A DNA stretch of 64,000 nucleotides from Dehalococcoidia bacterium (GCA_034421335.1 DAOUKL010000073.1:13524-77523); one strand, 5' to 3'; shown: positions 27,233 through 36,316, counted from the stretch's first letter. A program made the numbers and translations. The notes: generated by a model from the sequence alone, not told the origin.

Positions 27233-28177
27233 ATGGGGGCCAAGGAAGAGGTGCAGGAAGCGCAGAAGGCGTGGGCGGAGTGGTGCGAGAAGCCGCTCCT
27301 GCCATCCCACGAGTACTACCTTGAAAGTGTAGGCGCCAACCTGCGCGACCGCCTCTCCCCCCGTGCGTGCGCAGGCTACCAAGCAGGAGATGGCAAGGAG
27401 TTTGAGTGGAGTGGTAATACTCCCCCCAATATGTGGGCGCTTCACTCCTCCTCGGCTCTAGTGGCTAATTTCTTCGACTACTGGACGGACAATGGGAACA
27501 GGGCTCCCCTATTGAGCGCATTGAGAGTCGACGCTATCGCCGACGACCTTTTGGAATTCGAGAAGAAGTTCCCTGGACTCAGAGGTAAGCCGCCGAACCT
27601 TGATGTGGCAATCACCTTGACCTCTGACTGCGTTATCGCGATAGAGAGCAAGTTCACCGAGTGGATGTCCAGTAGCCCCGACGGTAAGTCGAATTTTAGG
27701 CGTAGGAACGTGAAACACTGGGACGATTCTTCCTACTTCCCTAGGTTGGTCGAACATTGGAAAGGAGTGGGCTTACCGAACTGCCAGCAACTTGCCAGAG
27801 AGTTGAACAGCATCCAGAAGGAGAGGTTCCTCAACCCGAAATCGACAGCCGAGTATCCCTTCAGCCACCTAGACCCCGTCCAACTCCTCAAACACGCTCT
27901 CGGTTTGGCGAAGCGGCGGGCCAACGTGAGGTTCAGCCCCTACTACGACAACTTCAGTCTCTACTACCTCTATTACGACTGGCCTGGAAAGGAATCTGCA
28001 GCGCACAAGGACGAAATCAAGAGCTTCTGCGCCTGCGTTGGCGAAGAACTGAACTTCAAGGCCCTCACCTACCAGGAGGTTTACGAGCGGCTTAGGCTGT
28101 CTGAGGCGATCGAACCGGAATACCTCACCTACCTCGGCAACCGCTACTTCTGCGGAAAGGGCGCGCCCCGTGACTAA
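27233..28177 (+). CDS. Hypothetical protein with a PD-(D/E)XK-like motif, inserted in the cox operon; lower G+C than its neighbours
   Basis: 314 aa with no family I can name. D124-x13-E138-S-K140 (NLDVAITLTSDCVIAIESKFTEW) fits the restriction-endonuclease-fold signature. Codon usage is visibly more A/T-rich than in flanking genes. Its stop overlaps the GTG start of coxD. Confidence 0.6.
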   Translation: MGAKEEVQEAQKAWAEWCEKPLLPSHEYYLESVGANLRDRLSPRACAGYQAGDGKEFEWSGNTPPNMWALHSSSALVANFFDYWTDNGNRAPLLSALRVDAIADDLLEFEKKFPGLRGKPPNLDVAITLTSDCVIAIESKFTEWMSSSPDGKSNFRRRNVKHWDDSSYFPRLVEHWKGVGLPNCQQLARELNSIQKERFLNPKSTAEYPFSHLDPVQLLKHALGLAKRRANVRFSPYYDNFSLYYLYYDWPGKESAAHKDEIKSFCACVGEELNFKALTYQEVYERLRLSEAIEPEYLTYLGNRYFCGKGAPRD

Positions 28178-29099
28178 CTCTGCCACCCGTCCCGCATCCG
28201 TCGACGAACTGCAAACCGCGCTGCGCGGCGAGCTGTACGTCGCCGACCGCGGGCTCGCCATGTCCGCCTACCTTGCCCTCTCCCTCCAGCGCCCGCTCTT
28301 CCTCGAAGGCGAGGCCGGCGTCGGCAAGACCGAGGTCGCCAAGGCCCTCGCGTCAACCCTCGGCGCGCGCCTCATCCGCCTCCAGTGCTACGAGGGGCTG
28401 GACGTCAGCCAGGCCGTCTACGAGTGGAACTACTCCCGCCAGCTCCTCCACATCCGCCTGCTCGAGGCGGCCGGCGGCGTCGACCGCGAGCAGGCCGAGC
28501 AGGAGCTGTTCAGCGAGCAGTTCCTCATCAAGCGCCCCCTGCTGCAGGCGCTCGACGGCGAAGGCCCCACCGTCCTCCTCATCGACGAACTCGACCGCGC
28601 CGACGAGGAGTTCGAGGGCTACCTGCTCGAGATGCTCTCCGATTACCAGATCACCGTGCCCGAAATCGGGACCTACGAGGCCGCCGCCCCGCCGGTCGTC
28701 GTCATCACGTCGAACCGCACGCGCGAGGTGCACGACGCCCTCAAGCGCCGCTGCCTCTACTACTGGATCGACTACCCCGACCTCGACAAAGAACTCCAGA
28801 TCGTCCGCAGCAAGCTCCCCGACGCCCCCCAGAGCCTCACCGCCCAAGTCGTCGGGTTCGTCCAGGAGTTGCGCGGCGCCGAGCTCTACAAGCTCCCCGG
28901 AGTCGCCGAAACCCTCGACTGGACAGCCGCGCTCGTGAGCCTCAATGAAACCCGGCTCACCCCCGAAACCATCGACGAGACGCTCGGCATCCTCCTCAAG
29001 TACCGCGAGGACGTGCAGGCCGTCCGAGGCGAGCAGACCCGCGCGCTCCTCAACCGCGCCATGAACCGCGGCACGCAGCGCGGCGGCCGCCGTGGCTAG
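28170..29099 (+). CDS. coxD: MoxR-family AAA+ ATPase (CoxD-like)
   Basis: Walker A GEAGVGKTEVAKAL and Walker B VLLIDELDRAD; ...TSNRTREVHDALKRRC. GTG start. Confidence 0.9.
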   Translation: MTNSATRPASVDELQTALRGELYVADRGLAMSAYLALSLQRPLFLEGEAGVGKTEVAKALASTLGARLIRLQCYEGLDVSQAVYEWNYSRQLLHIRLLEAAGGVDREQAEQELFSEQFLIKRPLLQALDGEGPTVLLIDELDRADEEFEGYLLEMLSDYQITVPEIGTYEAAAPPVVVITSNRTREVHDALKRRCLYYWIDYPDLDKELQIVRSKLPDAPQSLTAQVVGFVQELRGAELYKLPGVAETLDWTAALVSLNETRLTPETIDETLGILLKYREDVQAVRGEQTRALLNRAMNRGTQRGGRRG

Positions 29100-30483
29100 C
29101 CAGTCCGGCCACATCCTCCACAACCTCCTCCTCTTCGGACGCCTCCTCCGAATGCTCGGACTCGACGTCCACCCCGGAAGAATGCTCGACGCCGTCCGCG
29201 TGCTCGACGATATCGGCCTCGCGCGCAAGGCCGACGTGCGCGCCGCTCTCCGCACTCTGCTCGTCCACCGGAGGGACGACCTCCCCGTGTTCGATGAGGC
29301 GTTCGACGTGTTCTGGCGTCAGCGCAAGGACAGCACGTCGACTCTCGACCTGCGCTCGATGGGCGAGCGCCGGCGCTACCGCAGCGTCGAGGCCGCCGCC
29401 CCTCCACCCGGCTCCGGCGAGGCGGTCGACGACGAGTCCGGCGCGGAGGATGCCGGCGACCAGGTCGTGCTCACGCGGACGTTCAGCGCCCGCGAGGTGC
29501 TCCGCACGCGCGACTTCGCGGAGTTCACGCCGGAGGAGACGGCGCAGGCGCGGCTCCTGCTCGCCGAACTCGCGTGGCGGCCCGGCCTTCGCCGCACCCG
29601 CCGCAAGCAGCCCGGCAGAGGCCCGGCGCTCGATCTCCGCAGAACGCTGCGGGCGAACGCCCGACTCGGCGGCGAGCCCGCCCGCCTCCTCCGGCTCCGG
29701 CGCAAGGAGAAGCCGCGCAGGCTGGTGGTCGTCTGCGACGTGAGCGGTTCGATGGAGCGTTACACTCGCATGCTCCTGCACTTCATCCACAGCCTCTACG
29801 GCGGACTCGACCGCCACGTCGAGGCCTTCCTGTTCGCCACCCGTCTCACCCGCGTCACCCGCCATCTCGCCCAACGCGACATTGACCGCGCCGTCGGCGA
29901 GGTCGCCAAGGCCGTGCCCGACTGGTCCGGCGGCACGCGCATCGGCCAGGCGCTCAAGGAGTTCAACTTCCGGTGGGCGCGCCGCACCCTCGGATGGGGC
30001 TCCGTCGTCCTCATCGTCTCCGACGGCTGGGACCGGGGCGACCCGGAACTGCTCGCCCGCGAGATGGAGCGCCTGCGGCGCAGCTGCAGCCGCCTCATCT
30101 GGCTCAATCCCCTCGCCGGCGCCGAGGCGTACGAGCCGTTGACGCAGGGGATGCGCGCCGCGTCCCCCTATGTTGACGACCTCCTGCCCGTGCACAACCT
30201 CGCCGCGCTCATCGACCTCGCCGAGCTCCTCAACACCCTCCCCACGCGCCACGCCCATACCACCCTCCCCACAAGAGGGGGGAGGGTCGAGCGCGAAGCG
30301 CGAGGGGAGAGGTCCGAGGGCCGCGCATCCGTCGTTCCTGCGAAAGCAGGAACCTCGCCCCCCTCTCCTACTCCGGAGGACAAGCCCGAGGGACAAACAG
30401 GACAACGCTCGTGGCACGCCGGCGCCAATCCCACCTTCCGCCACCCTCTCTGGGGCCGCGGCGACGACCGGCGGCGGGAATAG
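29092..30483 (+). CDS. coxE: VWA-domain protein (CoxE-like) with a repeat-encoded C-terminal tail
   Basis: MIDAS motif VVVCDVSGSM. N-terminus LLLFGRLLRMLGLDV is typical of CoxE. The last ~80 codons (from about 30240) read through hairpin repeat modules. Confidence 0.85.
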   Translation: MASQSGHILHNLLLFGRLLRMLGLDVHPGRMLDAVRVLDDIGLARKADVRAALRTLLVHRRDDLPVFDEAFDVFWRQRKDSTSTLDLRSMGERRRYRSVEAAAPPPGSGEAVDDESGAEDAGDQVVLTRTFSAREVLRTRDFAEFTPEETAQARLLLAELAWRPGLRRTRRKQPGRGPALDLRRTLRANARLGGEPARLLRLRRKEKPRRLVVVCDVSGSMERYTRMLLHFIHSLYGGLDRHVEAFLFATRLTRVTRHLAQRDIDRAVGEVAKAVPDWSGGTRIGQALKEFNFRWARRTLGWGSVVLIVSDGWDRGDPELLAREMERLRRSCSRLIWLNPLAGAEAYEPLTQGMRAASPYVDDLLPVHNLAALIDLAELLNTLPTRHAHTTLPTRGGRVEREARGERSEGRASVVPAKAGTSPPSPTPEDKPEGQTGQRSWHAGANPTFRHPLWGRGDDRRRE

Positions 30484-30636
30484 GGCGCATCCGGCCCCCT
30501 CCCCCGAAGACGGGGGAGGGCTGGGGTGAGGGCTTACGCGCGAAGCGTGCATCCGTCGTTCCTGCGAAAGCAGGAACCTCGCCCCCTCCCTGTCTCCCCC
30601 CTTGGGGGAGATGCCCGAAGGGCAGCGAGGGACGAA
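30240..30636. repeat. Mosaic hairpin repeat cluster (F,A,...,C,A,B), partly inside the coxE 3' end
   Basis: ccaccctccccacaagaggggggagggtcgagcgcgaagcgcgaggggagaggtccg, gtcgttcctgcgaaagcaggaacctcgcc (twice), ccggccccctcccccgaagacgggggagggctggggtgaggg, ctccccccttgggggagatgcccgaagggcag. Confidence 0.9.
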
Positions 30637-31971
30637 TCACCGCACCGCGACAAGCGCCGGAGGATCGTTCGTCGTAACGTACAAGGCGTCCTGTGTAGCG
30701 ACGACCTGTCCGCTCACGGCCCCGCCGACCCGGATGACCCGCGCCGCCTTGCCGCTGCGGCGGTCGACGACGTGAATCTCCCCCGCGTCGTTGCCGACGT
30801 ACACGAAATCCCCCGCGACCGCCGACGACGAGGCCGCCCACGCTCCCGTGTCGTACTCCCACAGCGGCGAGCCGTCCGACACGGCGTAAGAGTGCAGCCG
30901 GCCGTCCCGGCTCGCAACGTAGGCGGCGCCGTCGAGCGCGGCGGGAGGACTCAGCGCGCTCCCCCGCGAGGGCCTGCGCTCCCAAACCAGTCCCTTCTGC
31001 GTTGGCGGCTCGCTCTGCAGCCCCCACAGGAAGAACTGCCGCCGCCAGTATCGCGCTCCCGGCTCCAGCGGGTACTCGACGGCCTCCGGATCCACAGCGA
31101 CCAGGCGCCCCTTCGCCGTGCTGACCAGCGCAAGCCCTTCAGCGAACGCCGGACTCTCGACCACCGTCTGCCCCGCGTCGAAATCGAGCCTCACCCGCCC
31201 GGTTGCGAGGTCGACTATCAGCACCGTCCTGTCCCCTGCGGGGAGCGCCATCAGTCCGTCATGGATTGCGGGCGCCGTCGCGATGCTCCCCGGCGCGCGC
31301 AGCGTCCACAGCACGGCGCCGTCCTGGGCGTCGAGCGCGTAGAGCGTTCCGCTCCATGCTCCAACGTACACGGCGCCCTCGTAGACGACAGGCGCGGCCA
31401 GGAATGCGCTGTCCCCCTCGAAACGCCACAGCTCGGCGCCGTCCCGGCGGTCGAGCGCGAGCAGTTCGCCGTTGCGCGCCGCAACGTACACGGCCTCGGA
31501 CGTCACGGCGGGAGCAGCGCGGGTCTCAAGTCCCAGACGCCGCTCCCACAGCACGGCGCCATCAGCCGCGTCGAACGCCGCGAACCGGTTGTCGTCAGTT
31601 CCGAGGAACACCTGGCCGCCGGAGACGGCAATCCCGGCCCGGACAGGCCCCGGCAGGTAGGCGCGCCACGCCTCGCGGCCCTCATAGCCGTCGTGCAGCG
31701 GGAGGGCGGCGGTATGCGCGGCGTCGCGTCCCGCCAGCGCCCACGCCTCCGGCCCGCCCTCAGCGGCCACCCGCGTCGAGGGAGGCGGCGGATCGGTCGA
31801 GAACGCGCCGGAAGTCCAGACCGCCCAGGCGGCGAGTCCGGCGAGGACGATGGCGCTTGCGACAATCAGGACGCGCCGCCGCCTGCGGCGGTCTCGCCGA
31901 TCGCGGCCCCACTCGTCGATGCGCAGCTGCCCCGGCCCGTCGGTCTCCATCCACCCGCCTCCTGCCGCCAA
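30637..31971 (-). CDS. PQQ-like/BamB-type beta-propeller repeat protein with an N-terminal TM anchor (second paralogue)
   Basis: Arg-rich N-terminus plus TM (VLIVASAIVLAGLAAWAVW), followed by repeated G.VYV....G.L.ALD..DG..LW blades. Confidence 0.75.
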   Translation of the reverse strand: MAAGGGWMETDGPGQLRIDEWGRDRRDRRRRRRVLIVASAIVLAGLAAWAVWTSGAFSTDPPPPSTRVAAEGGPEAWALAGRDAAHTAALPLHDGYEGREAWRAYLPGPVRAGIAVSGGQVFLGTDDNRFAAFDAADGAVLWERRLGLETRAAPAVTSEAVYVAARNGELLALDRRDGAELWRFEGDSAFLAAPVVYEGAVYVGAWSGTLYALDAQDGAVLWTLRAPGSIATAPAIHDGLMALPAGDRTVLIVDLATGRVRLDFDAGQTVVESPAFAEGLALVSTAKGRLVAVDPEAVEYPLEPGARYWRRQFFLWGLQSEPPTQKGLVWERRPSRGSALSPPAALDGAAYVASRDGRLHSYAVSDGSPLWEYDTGAWAASSSAVAGDFVYVGNDAGEIHVVDRRSGKAARVIRVGGAVSGQVVATQDALYVTTNDPPALVAVR

Positions 31972-32078
31972 GGCGCAGTCTAGCCGAGCCGGCCGCCTCG
32001 CTCTCCCCCCTTGAAGATACGCCCGTAGGACGAAGAGGAGCGTACAATCCCCCCAACGCGGACTGTCTGGAGGAAATC

Positions 32079-33242
32079 ATGGCGACTGACACCGACCGCG
32101 ACATCATCAGGGCTCAAGAACCGACGGGAGAACTCGAGGAGCTTCGGATCGCCGACGCCTACCTGGGGTGGATCGAGCGGGAAGGCGTGCGCCACATCGT
32201 GGACTACGCTTTCGACGACCTCAGCGCTGTCGAGCTGGGCCCCTGGGAGCGCAAGGGCGGCTTCGGGGCGATCATCAACATCCCCAACGACACCATCCCC
32301 AACGACGCCAAGATCGTCGAGATCAAGCCCGGAGGCGCCTCGGAGCCGGAGCACCATATGTACGAGGAGATGGTGTACGTGCTCTCCGGCCGCGGCGCCA
32401 CCACGCTGTGGGTGGACGAGAACCGGAAGAAGACCTTCGAGTGGCATGCCGGCAGCTTGTTCGCCATCCCGCTGAACGCCTGGTATCAGAACTTCAACGC
32501 CAGCGGCGCCGAGCCCGTCCGGTACATCTCGGTCACCAACGCCCCGCCCGTCATGCGGCTGTTCAAGGATGAGGACTTCATCTTCAACAACCCCTTCATG
32601 TTCTCCTCCCGCTACACCGGCGAGGACGGCTACTTCAGCGGCGCCGGCAAGCTGTTCCAGAAGCGGGTCTGGCAGTCCAACTTCATCCCGAACGCGCCCA
32701 CCATGCCCTTGTACGACTGGAGCGCGCGCGGCGCCGGCGGCATCAACGCCATGCTGGAGATGGCCGGGAACAGCATGAAGGCCCACATCTCCGAGTTCCC
32801 GGTCGGCACGTACAAGAAGGCCCACCGCCACGGCCCGGGAGCGCACCTGCTGTTGCTCAGCGGCGACGCCGGCTACTCGTTGCTCTGGCAGAAAGAGGAC
32901 ATGTCGGACCTGCGCAAGGCCGACTGGAAGCTCGGGGCGATGGTCGTCGTTCCCGGAGAGGGAACGCATCACCAGCACTTCAACTCCGGCTCGAAGCGGG
33001 CGCGGTACCTCGCTCTGCGGGCAGGGAACCACGGGCTGGCCGCTCCCTTCGTCGGCTCAGTGGGCGGCGGCGAAGTCAGCATGAAGGAGGGCGGGAGACA
33101 GATCGAATACGAAGACGAGTCGCTCCGCATTCACGAGCTCTTTGAGGCCGAACTCGCCAAGAACGGGGCGACGTGCCGCATGAAAGCCTTCGTGCCGTGG
33201 TGCAACGGCGAAGTCGGCCCCACGTCCTCCCGAGACACATAG
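32079..33242 (+). CDS. Bicupin dioxygenase-like protein (gentisate 1,2-dioxygenase-type architecture)
   Basis: ATG at 32079 with a GGAGGA Shine-Dalgarno. There are two cupin barrels; the second carries G-x5-HRH-x4-H (GTYKKAHRHGPGAH). The upstream part of track ORF 31203.. is antisense to the propeller gene. Confidence 0.8.
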   Translation: MATDTDRDIIRAQEPTGELEELRIADAYLGWIEREGVRHIVDYAFDDLSAVELGPWERKGGFGAIINIPNDTIPNDAKIVEIKPGGASEPEHHMYEEMVYVLSGRGATTLWVDENRKKTFEWHAGSLFAIPLNAWYQNFNASGAEPVRYISVTNAPPVMRLFKDEDFIFNNPFMFSSRYTGEDGYFSGAGKLFQKRVWQSNFIPNAPTMPLYDWSARGAGGINAMLEMAGNSMKAHISEFPVGTYKKAHRHGPGAHLLLLSGDAGYSLLWQKEDMSDLRKADWKLGAMVVVPGEGTHHQHFNSGSKRARYLALRAGNHGLAAPFVGSVGGGEVSMKEGGRQIEYEDESLRIHELFEAELAKNGATCRMKAFVPWCNGEVGPTSSRDT

Positions 33243-33288
33243 GCGTCTCTTGCGGCGAAGACGTCCTCAGGCAGGTGCCGCCTTCCGG

Positions 33289-33317
33289 TTGACGCCAAGC
33301 CGCAACAAGCCTAATCT
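33289..33317 (+). promoter_or_regulatory. Sigma70-like promoter upstream of Rieske paralogue 3
   Basis: TTGACG (33289-33294), 17 nt, then TAATCT (33312-33317), about 55 nt upstream of the ATG at 33372. Confidence 0.45.
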
Positions 33318-33371
33318 CGACGTACATCAGGAATTCAGCGCCGAAAACGCAACGATAGGAGGGAGGCGGCT

Positions 33372-34700
33372 ATGCTAAGCGCACAAGACAACGAACGATT
33401 GGCCCGCGTAGGCCCCGGAACGGAGATGGGAACACTGCTCCGGCGGTACTGGATGCCGTTCCTCCTCTCGGACGACATCCCCGGACCCGACAGCGACCCC
33501 GTGCGCGTCAAGCTCCTTGGCGAGTCGCTCGTCGCTTTCAGGAACACGGCCGGACAGGTCGGGCTTGTGGACCGGCTCTGCGCACACCGCAACGCCGACC
33601 TCTTCTTCGGGCGCAACGAGGAGAACGGCCTGCGGTGCACCTACCACGGCTGGAAGTACGACGTCGACGGCCGCTGCATGGACATGCCGTCAGAGGCCGC
33701 CGACAGCAACTTCAAGGACAAGATCCGCCTCAAGGCCTACCCCGTAAAGGAGCGCGGCGGCGTGCTGTGGACCTACATGGGCCCTCGCGAGCACGTTCAG
33801 CCTCTCCCCGAGTTCGAGTGGGCCCGCGTCCCCGACGGCCACCGCTACGTGTCGTGGAACTACCAGGAGAACAACTACGCGCAGGCCATCGAGGGCGGCA
33901 TCGACACCGTCCACTCCGTCTACCTCCACAGCGCCATGGACTCCCACCGCAAACTCGCCGACTGGCAGGCCGCCGGCAAGAACAGCGGCGACGTGCAGAA
34001 GATGTACCGAACCCGCGAGAACCCGCCCAAGCTCCAGACCCTCGAGACCGACTTCGGCATCATCATCGGCGGCAGGTACCCCGGCGACGACGTGCAGGAC
34101 TACTGGCGGTTCAACCTCTTCTGGATGCCGTTCTACACCGCCCCTCCCGGCGGCGGCGCCCAGAAGATGATCCACGCCTTCGTCCCCCTCGACGACGAAG
34201 TCACGGCCCGCTGGTGCTTCACCTGGAGCACCACCGGCAATCCCCTCTCGTCAAGGCACATCGCCGACCTCCGCAAGGGGCAGGGCGTCCACGCCCAGAC
34301 GCTCTCCGGCCTCCCCTCCTACCCCTACTCCGAACACGCGGTGCCCGGCCACTGGCCCGTGCGCAACATGAGGAACGACTACCTCATCGACCGCGAGGAG
34401 CAGCGCCACTTCACCTTTACCGGCATCAAGGGCACCGGCGAGCAGGACTTCTCTGTCCAGGAGGGCATGGGCAAGGTTTCCGACCGCACCCGTGAGCACC
34501 TCGGCGTCACCGACATCGGCATCATCGCCATGCGCCGAATGCTCCTCCGCAACGCCGCAGCCCTCGCCAACGGCGTCGAGCCCCCCACAGCCGCCAACGC
34601 CGACGCCTTCTGCGTGCGGCCCGGCGAAACCATGATCCCCAACGACGCCGACTGGGCCTCGCACGACAACCTCAAGAAGGCCATCGCCGCGACCTTCTAG
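33372..34700 (+). CDS. Rieske non-heme iron oxygenase alpha subunit, phthalate-dioxygenase family (paralogue 3)
   Basis: CAHRNADLFFG...CTYHGWKY; NNYAQAIEGGIDTVHSVYLH; N-terminus MLSAQDNERLARVGPGTEMGTLLRRYWMP. Confidence 0.9.
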   Translation: MLSAQDNERLARVGPGTEMGTLLRRYWMPFLLSDDIPGPDSDPVRVKLLGESLVAFRNTAGQVGLVDRLCAHRNADLFFGRNEENGLRCTYHGWKYDVDGRCMDMPSEAADSNFKDKIRLKAYPVKERGGVLWTYMGPREHVQPLPEFEWARVPDGHRYVSWNYQENNYAQAIEGGIDTVHSVYLHSAMDSHRKLADWQAAGKNSGDVQKMYRTRENPPKLQTLETDFGIIIGGRYPGDDVQDYWRFNLFWMPFYTAPPGGGAQKMIHAFVPLDDEVTARWCFTWSTTGNPLSSRHIADLRKGQGVHAQTLSGLPSYPYSEHAVPGHWPVRNMRNDYLIDREEQRHFTFTGIKGTGEQDFSVQEGMGKVSDRTREHLGVTDIGIIAMRRMLLRNAAALANGVEPPTAANADAFCVRPGETMIPNDADWASHDNLKKAIAATF

Positions 34701-34717
34701 GAGCGTTGCGTATAACC

Positions 34718-34746
34718 GGAGGGGCGGGTTTGGAACCCGCCCCTCC
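34718..34746 (+). terminator. Perfect 13-bp stem hairpin directly after Rieske paralogue 3
   Basis: ggaggggcgggtt tgg aacccgcccctcc. There is no U-tract, so intrinsic-terminator function is uncertain. Confidence 0.4.
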
Positions 34747-34774
34747 GCCACGCCGGCGACCGCGCCGCCCCCCA

Positions 34775-34960
34775 TCCGTCGCCTGCGAAAGCAGGAATCT
34801 CGCCCCTGTTCCCCCTCCCCTGAAGTCGGGGGAGGGCTGGGGTGAGGGTTTGCGCGCGAAAGCGCGCACTCCGTTCTCCCCCTGAGGGGGAGATGCCCCG
34901 AAGGGGCAGAGAGGGCGTCCGGCCCCCTCCCCCGAAGTCGGGGAGGGCCGGAGGGCGCCC
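34775..34960. repeat. Mosaic hairpin repeat cluster (A,C,B,C)
   Basis: gtcgcctgcgaaagcaggaatctcgcc, ccccctcccctgaagtcgggggagggctggggtgagggtttgcgcgcgaaagcgcgc, ctccccctgagggggagatgccccgaaggggcagagagggcg. Confidence 0.9.
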
Positions 34961-34998
34961 GAGGGAGTAGACTCCGGCGCGAGACGCGGAGCGCGCGC

Positions 34999-36219
34999 AT
35001 GAGACGCAGCATCCGGGCAGGCCCCGGTTCCAGCATGTTCAGCAGGCAGGGCCTGCCCCTCTTCGCCACCTACCTCATCTGGGGCACGGGAAGCGGAGCA
35101 CAGACCCTCGGCCGTCCGCTGTTCGCCTACGAGCTCGCCGACTCGGTCTTCCTCGTCACCCTGCTCATCGCGGCGCTCGGCGCGTCGCGCATCATCTCCG
35201 CCCCCCTCACCGGCTTCCTCTCCGACCGCATAGGACGCAAGCCGCTGGCGGTGTCGGGGGCCTTCCTGCGGGGCGCCTCGTCGTTTGCGGTGCTCTGGAT
35301 CGACAACTACGCCGCGTTCTTCGTCATCGAGCTCATCGGCAACACCGGCGTCTCAATGTGGCAGACCACCTCCCAGGTCGTCATCGCGGACATGAGCACG
35401 CCGGAGAACCGCGGGCGCGCCGTGGCGATGCGGAACTCGTCGCTGCGCCTCGGCCAGATCGTCGGGCCGGTGCTCGGCGGCGTCATCGCGGCCACCTGGG
35501 GCCTGCAGGAAGTGTTCGTGGTGAACGGCGTCTCCAAGTTCCTGGTCATGTTCATCACGCTCTACCTCATCGGCGAGACCCGCCCAACCCGCGAACGCCG
35601 CCCCGCCGCCGAGCGGACCAGCCTGCGCGCCGACCTGAGCGCGATCATCTTCACCCGCGCCTTCATCGCGCTCGGCCTCACCACCATCGCCGCCGCGCTC
35701 ATCGGCCAGGGCATCGTGCAGGTCATGTTCCCCGTGGCCGGACAGGAAGAAATCGGACTGATCGAGAGCGAGATAGGGCTGCTCATCGGCATCGCCAGCC
35801 TCATCACCCTGCTCTGCTCCTTCCCCAACGGGATGCTGGTGGACCGCTTCGGCCGCAAGACCTCGCTCGTGCCCGGACTGCTGTTCGCAGCCGGAGCGTC
35901 GGTGATCCTCTCAATCGCCGGCGACTTCGGCGGCGCGCTCGCGGCGATGGCCGTCTTCGGCCTCGCGCAGGCGATGACGATGGGCTCAACCCAGGCGTTC
36001 GCCATGGACCTCGCACCGGAGGACAAGCGCGGTGCGTTCATGGGCGTCTGGGCCTCGTTCCAGAGCTTCGGCTCCGCCGCCGGCCCGCTTGCCGTCGGCG
36101 CCACCGCCGAGTACTGGGGCTTCGGCGCGGCGTTCACCTCCGTCGCGGTCTTCCTCGCCGTCGCCGCTCTCGCCATGCTCGCCTTCGGCCCCGAAACCCG
36201 CGCCCGCCATCGCCGCTGA
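34999..36219 (+). CDS. MFS transporter
   Basis: 406 aa with about 12 TM. Loop motif LSDRIGRKP (MFS D-R-x-G-R-K/R). The true start may be the internal ATG near 35035. Confidence 0.85.
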   Translation: MRRSIRAGPGSSMFSRQGLPLFATYLIWGTGSGAQTLGRPLFAYELADSVFLVTLLIAALGASRIISAPLTGFLSDRIGRKPLAVSGAFLRGASSFAVLWIDNYAAFFVIELIGNTGVSMWQTTSQVVIADMSTPENRGRAVAMRNSSLRLGQIVGPVLGGVIAATWGLQEVFVVNGVSKFLVMFITLYLIGETRPTRERRPAAERTSLRADLSAIIFTRAFIALGLTTIAAALIGQGIVQVMFPVAGQEEIGLIESEIGLLIGIASLITLLCSFPNGMLVDRFGRKTSLVPGLLFAAGASVILSIAGDFGGALAAMAVFGLAQAMTMGSTQAFAMDLAPEDKRGAFMGVWASFQSFGSAAGPLAVGATAEYWGFGAAFTSVAVFLAVAALAMLAFGPETRARHRR

Positions 36220-36224
36220 ACGGC

Positions 36225-36316
36225 GCAGCGCGCATCCGTTATCCGCGAAGGCGGGAATCCATCCGGCTCCCTCCCCCGAAGACGGGGGAGGGAGGGGGTA
36301 GAGGGCGCTTCGCCCT
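36225..36316. repeat. Hairpin repeat cluster (A,C-like)
   Basis: atccgcgaaggcgggaatccatcc, ggctccctcccccgaagacgggggaggg. Confidence 0.85.

Noticed and set aside
23453-27445. 1,330-aa ORF on the minus strand, the longest ORF in the central region
   Set aside because: It is exactly antisense to coxS, coxL and coxM, all of which have unambiguous cofactor motifs. Its translation is Ala/Gly/Arg/Asp-rich low complexity with no recognisable motif, which is a typical high-GC shadow ORF.
27233-30483. Reading the PD-(D/E)XK-like gene, MoxR AAA+ and VWA genes as a McrBC-like or novel defence trio
   Set aside because: The ATPase and VWA proteins have the standard CoxD/CoxE sequence features and sit in a complete coxSLM-DE/G context. 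Only the first gene is anomalous. I kept it as a single-gene insertion finding.
31203-32078. Long N-terminal extensions of track ORFs: 31203-32078, 43041-44213, 46801-47880, 12086-12445 and 14933-15430
   Set aside because: The extensions overlap other well-supported genes or repeats and are Arg/Pro-rich. In each case an internal start with a good Shine-Dalgarno matches the family N-terminus (bicupin, LysA, MFS, NCS2, PTPS copy 2).
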